Positions 30,731 to 47,929 of a DNA stretch of 64,000 nt are shown here, piece by piece. Source of the stretch: the human T2T-CHM13v2.0 reference genome, Homo sapiens. Position 1 is the stretch's first letter. Every line of letters starts with the position of its first letter. Below the pieces are notes generated by a model. It searched no databases. It had not been told where the DNA came from and saw nothing but the letters and a program-made list of their open reading frames with translations. The translations under genes and the position numbers were made by a program. The stretch lies in the NCBI RefSeq assembly GCF_009914755.1, contig NC_060929.1; one strand, written 5' to 3'.

Positions 30731-31632
30731 TGTCTTATTTTGAGTTCCATTGAAGCAGAGCCTGAGACAACTTATTTACAGATAGTTTATTTGGGAGGTG
30801 ATCTCAAAAATAGGATGAGAAAAGAATGAGAAAGAGAACAGCATGCAAAAGGATAAAATTTCAGGAAGGTCCATTATGAAGGTCACTGCCACAGGTGACA
30901 GGGGCTTAGTTCTGCCAGAATATTTGAGGACTCTCTAGAATGTGTCTCAAATTGGCCCAGCTAAAGACCAGAAAAATGAGGCACTTATGTCCAGTTTCTG
31001 TCTCCACTGGTTGACCATTACCCTTGTAGAGTGCTAGCTCTCTGGCACCTCTGAAGGGTATGTGTGTGTGGCGGGAGCGGTGTGGGAGCGTGGAGTGGTC
31101 TGCTGTTACTCCAAAGAAGGTTCTTATTTCTGGTACCCACCTGGAGATCCTGTTGATGTGGTTTGGATTTATGTCCCCGCCTAAATCTCATACTGAATTG
31201 CAATCTTCAATATTGGAAGAGGGGCCTGGTGGGAGGTGATTGGATCATGGGGGCAGATCTCCCCTTGCTGTTCTTAAGATAGTGAGTGAGTTCTCATGAG
31301 ATCTGGTTGTTTAAAAGTGTGTAGCACCTCTCCCTTTGCCCTCTTCCTTCTGCTCTGTTCATGTAAGACAAACCTACTTCCCCTTCACCTACTGCCGTGA
31401 TTGTAAATTTCCTGAGGCCTCCCCAGCCAAGCTTCCTGTGCAGCCTGCACAACTGTGAGCCAATTAAACCTCTTTTCTTTGTAAATTACCCAGGTAGTTC
31501 TTCATAGCAATGCAAGAGTAGACTATTACACACAGCAATGATGCTTCATCTCACAAAGAATTGTTCTCGATAGCTTACACATGAGATGGCAGCCAAGGAC
31601 TGTGATGTGAACCACTGAAAAGATATGCTATA
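30731..31632 (-). mobile_element. LTR33-like ERVL LTR interrupted by MSTA
   Basis: TGTCTTATTTTGAGTTCC...GAAGCAGAGCCTGAGACAA...TAGTTTATTTGGGAGGTGATC. Confidence 0.65.
31154..31530 (+). mobile_element. MSTA-type MaLR solo LTR
   Basis: TGATGTGGTTTGG...GGGGCCTGGTGGGAGGTGATTGGATCATGGGG...GTGAGCCAATTAAACCTC...GACTATTACA. Confidence 0.9.
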
Positions 31633-31999
31633 ATTAGTAACCAAGAAATAAACTTCCTGTGCTTCAACATTAAGTAGAGGGACAGCTCTAGGGCCAGGCC
31701 TGTGCCTGTGAGCTATTGTAGGGTAAGAAGCAAAACAGTGATATTTGTTAGTTGAGCACCTCTGATATATAAAGATATAGGTAGTAGGTTATAAAATGGG
31801 TCACACATTGCTTAAGAAGTTATAGTTTAATAGAGAAGGTATGGCAGCTGTGCACATCAGTCCTCTAAAAGAAATGATCATCGCTGTGCAGGAGATTTGC
31901 ACGGGAGAGGCACTTTCTAGTAATGGGTGATAAAGGCTTCACCAGAGAGGTCATATACAGACTGGGTCTTGAAAAATGGGATTTATTTATTGATTCATT

Positions 32000-32260
<261 letters not shown>

Positions 32261-32261
32261 T

Positions 32262-33000
32262 CAAAAAATATTTTGATTGATTTCCATTTGTGCCAAGCCT
32301 TTGTGTGGTGAGCCAATCAGAAATGGTTACTGCCCTCCTTATACTGTAATGGAGACACTCAGACAATGAAGTTATCAAATAAATAAGCAAGATAACAAGG
32401 AAACATAATAGAACAATTTGATAGCATGCTGAGGTGGGATGGGGTAAGGGAACTACAGATGGAGTGGTCAATAAATTCTCTAAAACATTTAGAGAAAACA
32501 TTTGAGCTGAGGCCTGAATGGCAATGAGAAGGCATCAACCCCATAAAATCAAAGGAAACTGTTCCAGGAAGCGTAAGAGAAAATGCAAAGGCCAGAAGCA
32601 GGGAAGGGCTGTACACGTTTAAGGAATGGAAAGAAGGCCAGTGATTCTGGAGGGTAAGAGCCAGAGGTGAGAGAAGGGATACAAAATGAGGTAAGATAAA
32701 TGAACACAGGCCAGGCCACTTAGGACCTGATAGGCATTATAAGGTCTTTGGACTTCATCTATGTGCCAGGAAAGTCACTGAAGAGTTTTAAACAGGGGAG
32801 TGACCTAATACGATTTATGTTTTTAAAAGATCATTCTGACTTCTGTGTCAAAAAACAGACCATGCAAGACAACAGTGTAAGCACCAAGCCCAGTTCAGAG
32901 ACTCTCGGAGATGTTATCTAGATTGGCCCTGGGGATGGCTTGATCCAGGCTGGCGGCAGTAGAGGCCAGATTGGGATTCCGTGTTGCAGATGGACTTGAA
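32262..33000 (-). mobile_element. L2 LINE 3' region
   Basis: ACATTTGAGCTGAGGCCTGAATG...GTTCCAGG...TGCAAAGGCC...GAAGAGTTTTAAACAGGGGAGTGAC...AAAAGATCATTCTG. Confidence 0.85.
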
Positions 33001-33057
33001 GTTTGCTTTGGTTATTGCTTTCCTTATAAGACTCTTTCTCATCTAACATTAACATCC

Positions 33058-33432
<375 letters not shown>

Positions 33433-33534
33433 TGAGAAAGTGTCTTATAAGGAAAATAAGCCTTTTTCTCCTTGAATGAAGCTTAAGGTGTCATTGACAA
33501 TGGCGTAGAACTGGCTTTGAAAGAGATCAAGTGA

Positions 33535-33846
33535 GGCCAGGCATGGTGGCTCATGCCTGTAATCCCAGCACTTTGGGAGGCCAATGTGGGCAGATCACTT
33601 GAGGTCAGGAGTTCGAGACCAGCCTGGCCAATATGGCAAAACCTCGTCTTTACTAAAAATACAAAAATTAGCTGGGCATGGTGGCAGGTGACTGCAGTCC
33701 CAGCTGCTCAGGAGGCTGAAGCAAGAGAATTGCTTGAACCCAGGAGGTGGAGGGTGCAGTGAGCCAAGATTGCGCCACTGCACTCCAGTCTGGGCGACAG
33801 AGCAAGCAAGACTCTGCCTCAAAAAGAAAACAAAGAAAGAAAAGAA
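33535..33846 (+). mobile_element. AluS
   Basis: Full dimer; TSD AAAGMGATCAAGTGA. Confidence 0.95.
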
Positions 33847-34494
33847 AGCGATCAAGTGAACTCTGAATACTGTGCAAAGGAAACAGACTTAATTCTGTAG
33901 ATGACAGTGAGTAGTTGAAGATTTTTTTAAACAAAGGAGTAACAGAAACCAAATTCAAAATGGATCAAAATCTAAATGTAAAAGCTCAAACGTCATCACC
34001 GGGCTAAAAAAGCACATAGATTTAGGAAGGAGAACAATAACAGTGTGTGTGTGTCTTTAAGCAGAGAGAGTGAGAATAATTTAGACAGCAAAGCCAACAG
34101 ACTTGTTCTTCAGAAGTTCATTTATTTCTCTGTTTATTGACGTTGCTATGGGGATGCTAAAAGCTAGCCAGGAGGACAGAGAACAGTCGACTGTCTCTGC
34201 ACTTAATAATCTGATTTTATGTAAGACATCGAGAAAGAATGCAATAACTCAGGCTCTTTGCTTCGAGCATTAAAAGAAACCAGATGAGGCTGAGCTCACA
34301 TTCTTCTCGGCCATACCAGTCCCCTCCTTAGGTACAGGATTTCAGGCCCAGCTGTCCTGGCACTACCCAGCCTGACATTTGGAGGAACTCACCCTGCATT
34401 TTCCTCCTCTTTCCCTTTTACTCCCTCAAACCAGAATATTGCAAACAGCCCGCAAAGTGAAATAAAACCCCAAGGAAATGGAAAAGGAATTCTG

Positions 34495-34530
34495 CCTATA
34501 AAAGGGGCTTTGCAAAGGGAAGCTAGTTCC
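34495..34530 (+). promoter_or_regulatory. Candidate TATA box plus initiator
   Basis: CTATAAAAGGGG (TATAAAAG at 34497) with YYANWYY match CTAGTTC whose A (34525) is 28 nt downstream; non-repeat context. Confidence 0.35.
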
Positions 34531-34984
34531 ATTGGTGGACAGAAACTACTCCCTCCCGGAGTATTAGTTGATATGGCCTGGAGCGTGGGTCTTGGAGAAG
34601 CTGCAGATTTTTATTTAGATTTGGATTTTTCCACTTTCTTTCAGGAAGTCAGTGTTTGGAAACTGGTGGTCAAGGTATTTTTTTCCCTAATGAGAAACAT
34701 ATTATTTGTGTTTGTTGTTTAGGATAAAACCATTGAAATTTTCACTTTTCTCAGTGTCAGAGTAAGATTGTGGAGTCTAACTGGATTTTTTGATGTGATG
34801 AGTGAAAAACAAAAAGAGATCTTTCATTATTCTGGATTCTAAGCCCTGGAATCCTCGATTTTCAATAATATCCTTACTCTTTCCATAAATTTTGAACCTC
34901 TTCTATGCGCTGGACACTGTAATAGGTGCTAAGAATATAGTGATGAGTACATGGCCGCTTCCCTAACTACCACAAAAGAGTGCT

Positions 34985-35240
34985 AATAATGATGGCTAGT
35001 ATTTAAAAATCTTTGCTACATACAAGTAATTGCGGTTAAATCTGTTACATGCATTGCCTCGCTTAAAACCTCTGGCAATTGGTGAAAGTTAGCATTATCC
35101 TAATCTTATAGATGAGGAAGTTGAGGTTTCACTGTCTGGCATGGAGATTGACAGATTATTATGGTATTAGGAGTGGTGTGATTTGAGGAACAAGAAGAGA
35201 AGCCACTGACATTCTGAAATAGCCGAGCCTGAATAGTGTG
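34985..35240 (-). mobile_element. MIR
   Basis: ATTATCC...TTATAGATGAGGAAGTTGAGG. Confidence 0.65.
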
Positions 35241-35276
35241 TTCTTTGGGGCTAAGAGTGAGATAAGAAATAAACCA

Positions 35277-35953
<677 letters not shown>

Positions 35954-36376
35954 CTAAAATTATTCCCAGCATGGCAGGTAGCAGAGAACCATTCTCTTTA
36001 GGAATTAAGCAACCCTCCCTCAGTTTTCCAGTGTGGGCTTTGCTTTATGTACAGCCCTCACTCAACAATTGCCAAGGGATTTTGCAATGGCTGAGTCTTA
36101 TTTTACCACTTCTCTACTGTTTCCATGATTACATTCACTTAGGGCTCATTAGGGTATTGCCAAGGTCCTTGCTGATATTGATTTACTTTATATGATATGC
36201 ATAAAGTTTTCTTTTCCTCAAACATTAGAAGATTTCAAGGATTTTGCAAAGTAAGTTTAATTCAACTTTGTAGCCTTGACAACCATAATTTTAGAAAATA
36301 AGAGCTCCCTTCCCCCAATCTGACCTCTTAAAATCACCTTATCCACAGCACATGCTAAAACTGGGTTCTGAATCAA

Positions 36377-36451
<75 letters not shown>

Positions 36452-36556
36452 TACATATATATACACTTGTATATATATACACAACACTATATATGTGTAT
36501 ATATATACACACGTATATATAAACACAACACTATATATATGTATATATATACACAC
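36377..36556. repeat. Compound microsatellite (CT)13(AT)6(AC)16 plus degenerate AT/AC repeat
   Basis: Direct reading; ACACAACACTATATAT unit occurs twice downstream. Confidence 0.95.
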
Positions 36557-36714
36557 TTAAAATCTGAAAAAACATTCTAAGAATCAAAGACTAATAAATT
36601 TATTCAAATATAGTCCAGAGTATTTTTAAAGATAAACTAAGCAAATACATTCACATTTCATCCACTCTGGGTTAATTTTCCAATAGTAAGGAAAAATACT
36701 ACTCATCATAATGA

Positions 36715-37031
<317 letters not shown>

Positions 37032-38839
37032 CATGAAGGGCCTTAAGATTAGCATCTTGAAAAATACATGCATGGCAAGAAGCAAAATGCCCAGTTTTAA
37101 CAAGAGTTGAAAGGAATATATTGACAATTTTAAGATGCTCATTTTAGAGTTCTTTCTTGCCTAAGTTCAAGAGCAAGACATTGGGAAGTTACTGAGCAGT
37201 TTGCATAACACCAGCTGCAGGAGACACTTGTTGAAGTCCTGGGTGGTGTCCACTGGCTTAGTGAAGAACAAATTATGGCAAAGTGGCTTCCTTCAGTGGT
37301 ATTATTAAGTCTCAACTTCAATATTGTATCTCTTTCTTATTGACTAACACTTTAGAATGGGCTATGTCCCCTAGTATATCTACATTCTCAGCCTATAACT
37401 TCGATTCGTAGCATTTGTCACAAATTTAATTTAAGCAAATATTTGTGTAATAATTTGTATGATGAACTCCTTTGTCATTAGAACATAAGGTCCATGAGTT
37501 GATTTTTTTTTTTCACTTTTGGAAGAAATACAAATGTTTAGCTCAATGCTAAACATATATGAGGATCTCACTTAGTTTTTGTTGAATGAATCAAAGGAAG
37601 GGAAAATAATTTACCTGAAATGATGAACAAAAACAATAAAAAGTTTGATTTCATTAGAAGTGAACCTAGTTGTTTCCAAAATTTGTAGATTAAAAAACGG
37701 CCCTTTTAATTACTGCTTATTGAAAAATTATGCAATGAGTTACAAGCCCCCATGAATTCTGTCGTGCCTTTCTAAGACCTTGCATTTTGTTGTAAGTCCA
37801 TTTACATATACTTGGAAAATAATAGGGAGTTTCTGTATGTGACACATGATTTATTCCACCTGCAGGCAATGCCGCAGACAAGCACACACACTTGGTGTTC
37901 TGTTCCACCGTTCTTTGGATACCAGATGACTGTCACTGTAGTTTGGAAACTACTAAGCTAATACCCCAAATTGCACCCTATTCTAACATTCTGAGGTTTA
38001 TTCAGTGTTTGGCAACAAGGTGAATAAGAAAACCTGACATTTAATAATTAGCACAAAACAACTGTAAAATCTCAAGCATGCCTTTTAGCCGTCAGCGTTG
38101 CGTAATAAGTTGGTAGTGCTATTCTTCTGGGGCTTCTTTAAGATAACATAGGTATCTGGCAAGGAAGTGTCTACCTCTGTCTTCTCCTGTTCTCTAATCT
38201 CTTAATTGTTACTTCCCAACAGATGCCAATGGGCCAGAGAGCCTGTATGACACAATCCAAAAACATCAGCATCTCAAGGCACAGACTAACTCAGAGAAGG
38301 GGTTAGAATGGATCCAGAGGGAAAATGTTGAGCAACCAGCACAGCAAAGAAGCTTATCTTTGCACACTTCACAGTTTTTAAAGCACTCAGAAAATCTTCA
38401 AGGCTGCAGATTGAGAAAGTGACAATGGATGAAATAGAGGAGCAGAACAGTTAAGTGACTTGCCCAAGGTTTAACAGATAGTAGGAGGTATTAATAGAAG
38501 CGGACCTTAGCAATCTGAACCTTGTGTCTAATGTCTTTGTTGTGTATATCCTTCCCACCTTTGCCCTCCCTCCCCAAACACAAGAATGTTCTTGTAGATG
38601 GAAATCTTTTGGTGCTATGGCTGAGCAATGTGGGTGGTTTGTGTTCTGTCTTTTCTGTTTATTTGGGGATTTTGCCTCTGTTTATAAAATATTATCTCTC
38701 GGTGTCTATAGTATTTTGCTGTTGTTGTTAAAGTGCCCAGAATCTCTCAGACCTTGGTGTAGCTGAGTTGTGGCCAATATGATGCCTGATTATTCACACT
38801 GTGGGGGAAAAAGAGTAGGCTTTTGTAAACTTATGGAGG

Positions 38840-38857
38840 ACTGCCCCCTGGGGGCCA
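38840..38857 (-). promoter_or_regulatory. Candidate CTCF site
   Basis: Minus strand TGGCCCCCAGGGGGCAGT, one mismatch to TGGCCACCAGGGGGCAGT. Confidence 0.4.
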
Positions 38858-39189
38858 GAAGAATGAACCCCTCCCTGGACATGAGTAGAGTAGGTGCAGG
38901 AGGCTGATAAACACGGTGAACCCTATGTGCCCATTAATATCCAAGAAAACCTCAGTAGTGGCATTCTATTGGGATCACTCATGCCAATTCCCAGATTTCT
39001 CATGCATTACTTTTCTCACCCCTTAGCAAGCCAAATTTAGTAAAGATTACTGTAGAAAACCTAACTTTTCAAAATTAACAGGTGTTTCTAAAAGAAAACT
39101 AGAACAATGAAAAAAAAAGTAAGGAGACAAGATTGCCTATCATCGCATCACCAGAGACAACATTTTCTCCTAAATCTTTCTAGCCTTTA

Positions 39190-39557
<368 letters not shown>

Positions 39558-39678
39558 TTAATGGCATAGATTTTTTTCAAGTTCACACAGAGCTTTTCTC
39601 AGCTATTTCATAGCCAGAATAAAGCTGTGGCTAGAGAGGAATGCCCTCTAGCTGGAGAAGGCAGTATGATGGAATGCC

Positions 39679-39840
39679 AGCTTCCCAAACCAAAACGTGC
39701 TTATGAACCACCTGGGGGCCTGCTTAACATGCAGATTCTGATTCAGGAGGTCTGGGGTAGGACTTAGGATGCTGTATTCCTACTGTGCTCTCTGAGGATG
39801 TGGATGCTGTTGATCTGCGGACCACACTTTGAGAAATACA
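39679..39840. mobile_element. MER5A MITE
   Basis: ATGCAGATTCTGATTCAGgAGGTCTGGGGT...GGACCACACTTTGAG. Confidence 0.85.
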
Positions 39841-41145
39841 CAGGTGACAGCTGTGGTGGAAAGAACTCCCATCCAGGAATCAAAACATGTCTTCACATTT
39901 TGGCCATGGAACTTGGGGTAAGTTTCTAAACCTCTTAATCTTTGTTCTTTTACATATAGAAAAAGAAATCATAAACATCTGAACATGCTAAGCTCAAAAT
40001 ATGGGTTTATTAAAGTATAGCTGAACTGAAATCCAGTCATGATAGAAAGACTAGTTGAGGAAAGAATAATTCTATCTCATATCCCCTATTCTCCCCTGTC
40101 ACTCCAGCAGAAGAAAAAATCTGCCATCAGAACAGGAAAGAAAGCTCACTAAATAGCTTATTTGCTAAAGAAGTCCAAGGTACTGAATTTAGACAGGTAA
40201 ATTGATCTATTTTGCCTTTTCAAAGCATTAAATAAAAAAAGAACTATAACCCTAATGGACGGGATCCCCTAGCTGTCTCTGCCCACCCTACAGCAGCTTG
40301 AAGGCTGATTCGTTTCTTTTACAAATACATGAACATCTCAAATATATGTCCAAACTTCGAGAAATCTACTTTTCTTATTTCTGTTCTTTTTCTATTTTTT
40401 TTTTCTGTCTAAGCGCCAGACACACACTGTCTCTCTCTCTCCCAATCCTCCTTTCCATTGCCTCCCCATCTTGCTGGTTTCAACTTCTTTTCCCTCCTAG
40501 ACACAGTATTCCCCTCTGGATCCCTCCACATTCCTTCCCTTTCTAAATTCTTGGCTTCTCTAATTCATGTGTTCACATACATTTCCCTACTCAACACAAA
40601 GGCTCCTTTCCAGGAGTCTGGTGGGACCTTGCTTTTTCCTTGACATATTATTATTATTTGATTTTTTAAAAAACTGTGATTCAAAAGCAGAAGAGCATAA
40701 AAATTAGACTTGCGTGTTTCTCTTTTCAGCTAGGGAAGTTGCCAGCTACATCATCTTGTAATTCCCAACTCCTTTTCTTACAAGGGCAGACTCTTAATCA
40801 CTCAGCTTGGCTTCTCTTTCAAAGGTAGGAACAGAGGGAACCATGAGAGAAAGGACTGATAGAAAGGACCCGCCCACTGCCTGAGGAGCCACCTGAGACA
40901 AGGATAGTCAGTCTAGTTCTGTGAGGGGGAGTAGATGCTGGGCTGAGCCAGTATGATGCTTCCTTGTGTTCCAGGAAGTTCTTTGTATAAAAACTGAAAG
41001 AACTGCTTTTTAAGGGCTGTTTGATTCTGGACTCCTGTGATTAAGTTCTGAAGGCCTCACACTGAGACCAAAATTCCCCAATTATATTCTCTTGAAGAAT
41101 CACCCTGGGTGGGCTCAGCTTGGGGGTAGAGAGTTGTAACTAGGC

Positions 41146-41190
41146 AAAAAAAAAAAAAAAAAAAGAAAGAAAGAAAGAAAGAAAGAAAGA
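41146..41190 (+). repeat. Poly(A) plus (GAAA)n run
   Basis: Long A run followed by GAAA repeats with no upstream SINE body. Confidence 0.9.
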
Positions 41191-41495
41191 GAACTAATAT
41201 AGTTTAATTTATTGCCCACATCAGGCCAAGATAAAATTTCTGAGATTTACATGTCCAGATATTTAATGAGCAAATGCTTTCCTTTACTGAGATTTTTTGG
41301 TAGTTGTATGTAATTCACTTTGTTGCAATTTCCTTGTTTATTCCCATGGAGCCTAACATAGTCTCCAGCTTCTTAGGGTAAGGGCAGCAAATCCTTCTCT
41401 GCATACCCACAGCAATAGAGTAGGGGAGAGGATGGAGAGTTTCTTTGTTGTGATCTAGTCACCTTTCTCTCAGATTCCTGATTTTATGTAATAAT

Positions 41496-41504
41496 TGTGT
41501 ATGC

Positions 41505-41540
<36 letters not shown>
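41496..41540. repeat. (GT)16 microsatellite
   Basis: Perfect GT from 41509 to 41540, preceded by GTGTATGCGTGC. Confidence 0.95.
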
Positions 41541-41541
<1 letters not shown>

Positions 41542-41610
41542 GGAGACATATGGTTTAGTGTTAATTTAAATTAATATGAGATTACCCAAATACTTTTTAG
41601 AATAATTTGA

Positions 41611-42138
<528 letters not shown>

Positions 42139-42717
42139 GCTTCTGATATAAATTGTAAGTAGAGTCCACTTATACAGCAGGGAGTATAATGCAAGAGTGA
42201 GAAGAAAATGGACTAATGGGAGAAAGCTAGCCCAGAAGACATGTTGGTATATTTTGGAAAATAACGAGTTAATTTTGAACCAGATTAAGGAGTTTGGGTT
42301 TAAAGAAAATAAAGTTCTGGGTGAAATTGATGGAGATTACAAGACATTTCATGAATGGTGAGGACAATATTCTGCAGTCATCTGGATAATAATCCATATA
42401 TAGTTAGAAGTTCTTACCATCTTGGAACGAAGCTTCTCACCCCCCGAGTCATACTTTGCATTTATAAAGTAGCTTCCACTTATCAAGCACTTGCTATGTA
42501 GGAAGTACTGTTTCTCAGGGGTGCAGGGTTCCAATCAGTGAGCAGGTTTATTCCCACCATCTGGTAACTCCTCTTGGTTACACAGAGAATTGAATGAAAG
42601 GAAATTCAATTGGCAACACTGCAGACATAGGCTTTGCTAGTTGGACAATAGCACTCCTGCCTGGAGAAGTGTGGACCTCAGTAACCAGTCTCCATCTACA
42701 GGAACAATATTCGGTGA

Positions 42718-43125
<408 letters not shown>

Positions 43126-43399
43126 TAGAATATCAGGCTTCCAGGTGCACCAGGGATAGTTGTCATGTTTGATACATGGTCGGTAGCAACTACTATACTG
43201 GATTTTAAGCACTACATGCTCCTGGATTTTTTGTTTTTGTTTTTTAGTGTGGCATATGGCTAAAGCAGGGAGGAGGAGAGTTTAGGGCTCTTGGATGGGA
43301 GCGGAGATGAGAAGAGTTAATGCATCATCCATGGCTTGATAGTGAAGATTCTGGCTTCCAAAGATGAGCAAAGTTTTTCCACTTCCACAGCCCTTAGGC

Positions 43400-43590
43400 A
43401 GAGTAAGTCATTTAATCTTCATAAAACTTGTGGCTGTATTTTCTCCACTTTTTCAGCTGAGAAAAACAAGTCTCAGAGAAGTAATAACAACTTGATCAAG
43501 GGCACATAATGTGAGCAAAGAAGAGCTAGGCCTCAAACCTCAATCAAATAACAGCAGAAGTCCTGTTCCTTATTCCTGCACACTTCTGCC
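43400..43590 (-). mobile_element. MIR
   Basis: TTTCAGCTGAGAAAAACAAGTCTCAGAGAAGT...AACTTGATCAAGG. Confidence 0.7.
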
Positions 43591-44364
43591 TTTCCAAAAT
43601 ACATCACTCACCTCCACTCCCAACTAGGGAGAGTAACAGGATGGGAATAACACTGTTCTGCCATTCTGATAATTACTCCTATGTGGTTAGCAGTACTCTC
43701 CATCCCACTTTTCAAAATGTATTTATTTATTGGAGATGAGGGGAAGGTTCTGTTTGTCTGCCAACTTTTTGTTCTCCAAAATTGATAGATCTTGGGATTT
43801 CAGTTCAAACTTCAGAGTGGGGAAATCTGAGCCCAGTGAACCATGCCATGGCCATATCAGGGTGGGTTTTTTTTCTTTCTTTCTTTTTTCCCCCCTTAGC
43901 CAAGCTGAGGCTGAATGACCAGGCTCTTGGCAACCTCATCGTATCTATTATGTTCTGATCATTATTTAAACAAATGGTATTCACTGGGGTCCAAGTCAGA
44001 GGAACAGGACACAGAGAAGGCTTTCTATCAGTCAGCTGGACTGCTCTTCCCCTTTCACAGGTCTTTTGTGCTTCGTGAGGATCCTTCAAGTGTGGAACAG
44101 CTCACAAAGGAAAAGATGGACACAGCCTTTGTCTGGGAAGGGACATTCAGTCAGCCCCCTTTCCCCGTGGAGATGTCTTGATCCTTTTGGGTATTTTTTT
44201 TGTCTCTATTCAAATCAAAAAGTGCTAATAAAATACCCAACACAGTGTTAAGGCACTATGGCAGGAGGAGTAGAGTGATATGCAGGTTTTATGCATGCCC
44301 AAGTATGATAAAGTATCAAGAAGGGACAGGCAAGGGTGGGCTTTAGGACATGCACAGCTGAGAA

Positions 44365-44570
44365 GGAATAGTTGTGGAAAGATGCTGGCTCTGCAGACAG
44401 TGTGCCTCGGTTCCAGTGATTATTCAAGTGATCTTGAAAAACACCTTAACCTAGCAAGACTTAGATCTTTTATCTGCAAGTGGAGATAGTCATCATAGTT
44501 ATTTTACAGCTTTGACTTGTGGATTAAATGAAAGATTGCATGCATTGTGCTTATTGGCAAATTTTTGAGT
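44365..44570 (+). mobile_element. MIR
   Basis: GTGATCTTG...CTTAACCT...TTATCTGCAAGTGG...GGATTAAATGA. Confidence 0.65.
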
Positions 44571-44828
44571 TTTTATTAAATTTTCACTCGTATAATTATA
44601 GTTGAGAGTGGATTTATAGAGGGAGGTCGCTTTGGGTCTTGAAAAGGAGAAAAATTACAGAATGTGTTAGACCCAACTCCAGGGAGTCATGGTTTTGGAA
44701 AATAAAAAAATACATCTACAATTTACCTTTTTCACTTTAGGGTACAAAGTTAGTAAAAAAAAAATAAAAAAAAAACCAAAAAACATATTTGCCAATCTGA
44801 ATTTGCCAATCTGAAATGTCTCAAGTAA

Positions 44829-45146
<318 letters not shown>

Positions 45147-45897
45147 TAAACCCTGTAAAAAGAGTTTTTTGGTCAAATACATTTGAAAAACTCAGCATAT
45201 TTGGAGATTCATAATGACCATTTGGATAAAGGTACTAAGCAGGCCTCTATGAAAATAACATCTTCCAGTGTTAATCAAATAAATGTGAACATAACGCATT
45301 TTTGTCATTGTTTTTGCTGCTGCTGCTGTTTGGAGTACAGAAAGGTGCACATATCAATATCCTGAAGAACACAGGTCCATGGATGCAGTTGACTCTAAGC
45401 TGACTCACCCAGCTGTCTGCTGTTAGCTCTAGTAGTGTTTGCATGCTGGGTGTCTAGTCATCAAAGAATGTTCTTCACATCAATTATGCTGACACCAGGC
45501 ATTGTTCTAAAATAGTGACTCTAAAGAGAAGTAATTCTGTAGACCAGGAACTTAGTAGTTGTATCTGGTAGAACTAAGGCTGACTTATCTTGGGGGAAGC
45601 ACTTTATCATGATATTGGGAACTTGCAGCAAAGTTTTGACTGGCCTTCAATCAGCTGAGTTTCCAAGATGCTTTTGTTATCAACTTGCTTCTGAAAACTT
45701 ATTAAAAACTTCATTCCATCCTTCTTTCCTCTCAAAGTGTACAGAGTATATGAAAGGCAGAGTATTGGTGGGACCAAGAGGATACAGGTGTATGAAAAGA
45801 ACGTGAGGGAAGGGAGAAAGAGAGGGAAAGAGAATGGTGAATGGTGATGCTGTGGTCTCTCAATTTGAATCTACATAATATGCAATATATAGATTAA

Positions 45898-46374
<477 letters not shown>

Positions 46375-46467
46375 TGAATTCCTTAGTATCTCACAGTTTG
46401 TGGCACTGTGTGATAAGATCTTCTGAATGCCTAACCTTTTTGGCCTGAGCCCACCCACTCTGTCTAA

Positions 46468-46865
<398 letters not shown>

Positions 46866-47086
46866 CTGTTTCTGGGTTTTTATGAAGTAAATAATATAAT
46901 GAAGTCATTCTCCAATACTTATCCATACATATATATGTGTGCCTGTATGTGTATGTACGTGTGTGTGTATGTGTGTGTATCTGTATACTGGACTAGGCAC
47001 ATAACAAAGTTTTTATAAGCCTGTAGTAAAATAAGAAAAATAAGATAAGTGTGAAGAGTGTTAAGTTTTACGCAGTTAGAAAAATG

Positions 47087-47357
<271 letters not shown>

Positions 47358-47929
47358 AGTTTTTTCCATTCTTTTTGTTAAAAAATGTTACTTTACAAAA
47401 CACCTTTTTGAGTTTTTTCCCACTATTTTACTAGTAAGGGAAATCTCAAAGTCCCAGAACCAGTGAGCTGATGATACAGAAATACTGGGCTCAACACAGA
47501 TGTGAGTCAGTGTTCTTGTGAATTTTGCTATCTTTTTGAAGTTATCCCTCTTTTGATGTTAGTGGCATGTTGGTTTGCAATTGTTTGTCCAGCAACAAAG
47601 ATAGAGAGTGTTCTTCAATTGTAATTATTTTTGGTGCCAGTCCCTCTTAAAAACAGTGTTTTTGAATGGCTGCCTTATAAATGCCATTGGTGCCTGTGGA
47701 TCCAAGCAAGGTGAATTGCCCAAGGGTGAGGACCTCCTGGCTGTGGTCTCATTAGCACTGAGCTCCTGCAGGTGGCAACAGCCAATAGAACCGGTAGACA
47801 GCCACGGAATTTTCTTATCCAGATGTCTCTGGCCACATCACAAAGCCAAGTATTACTGCTCTCCTGTGAGTCATTGTTTGGCATTTTCTGTCTCTTCTCT
47901 CCCCTATTTATGTTAATTGTTACAGATTC

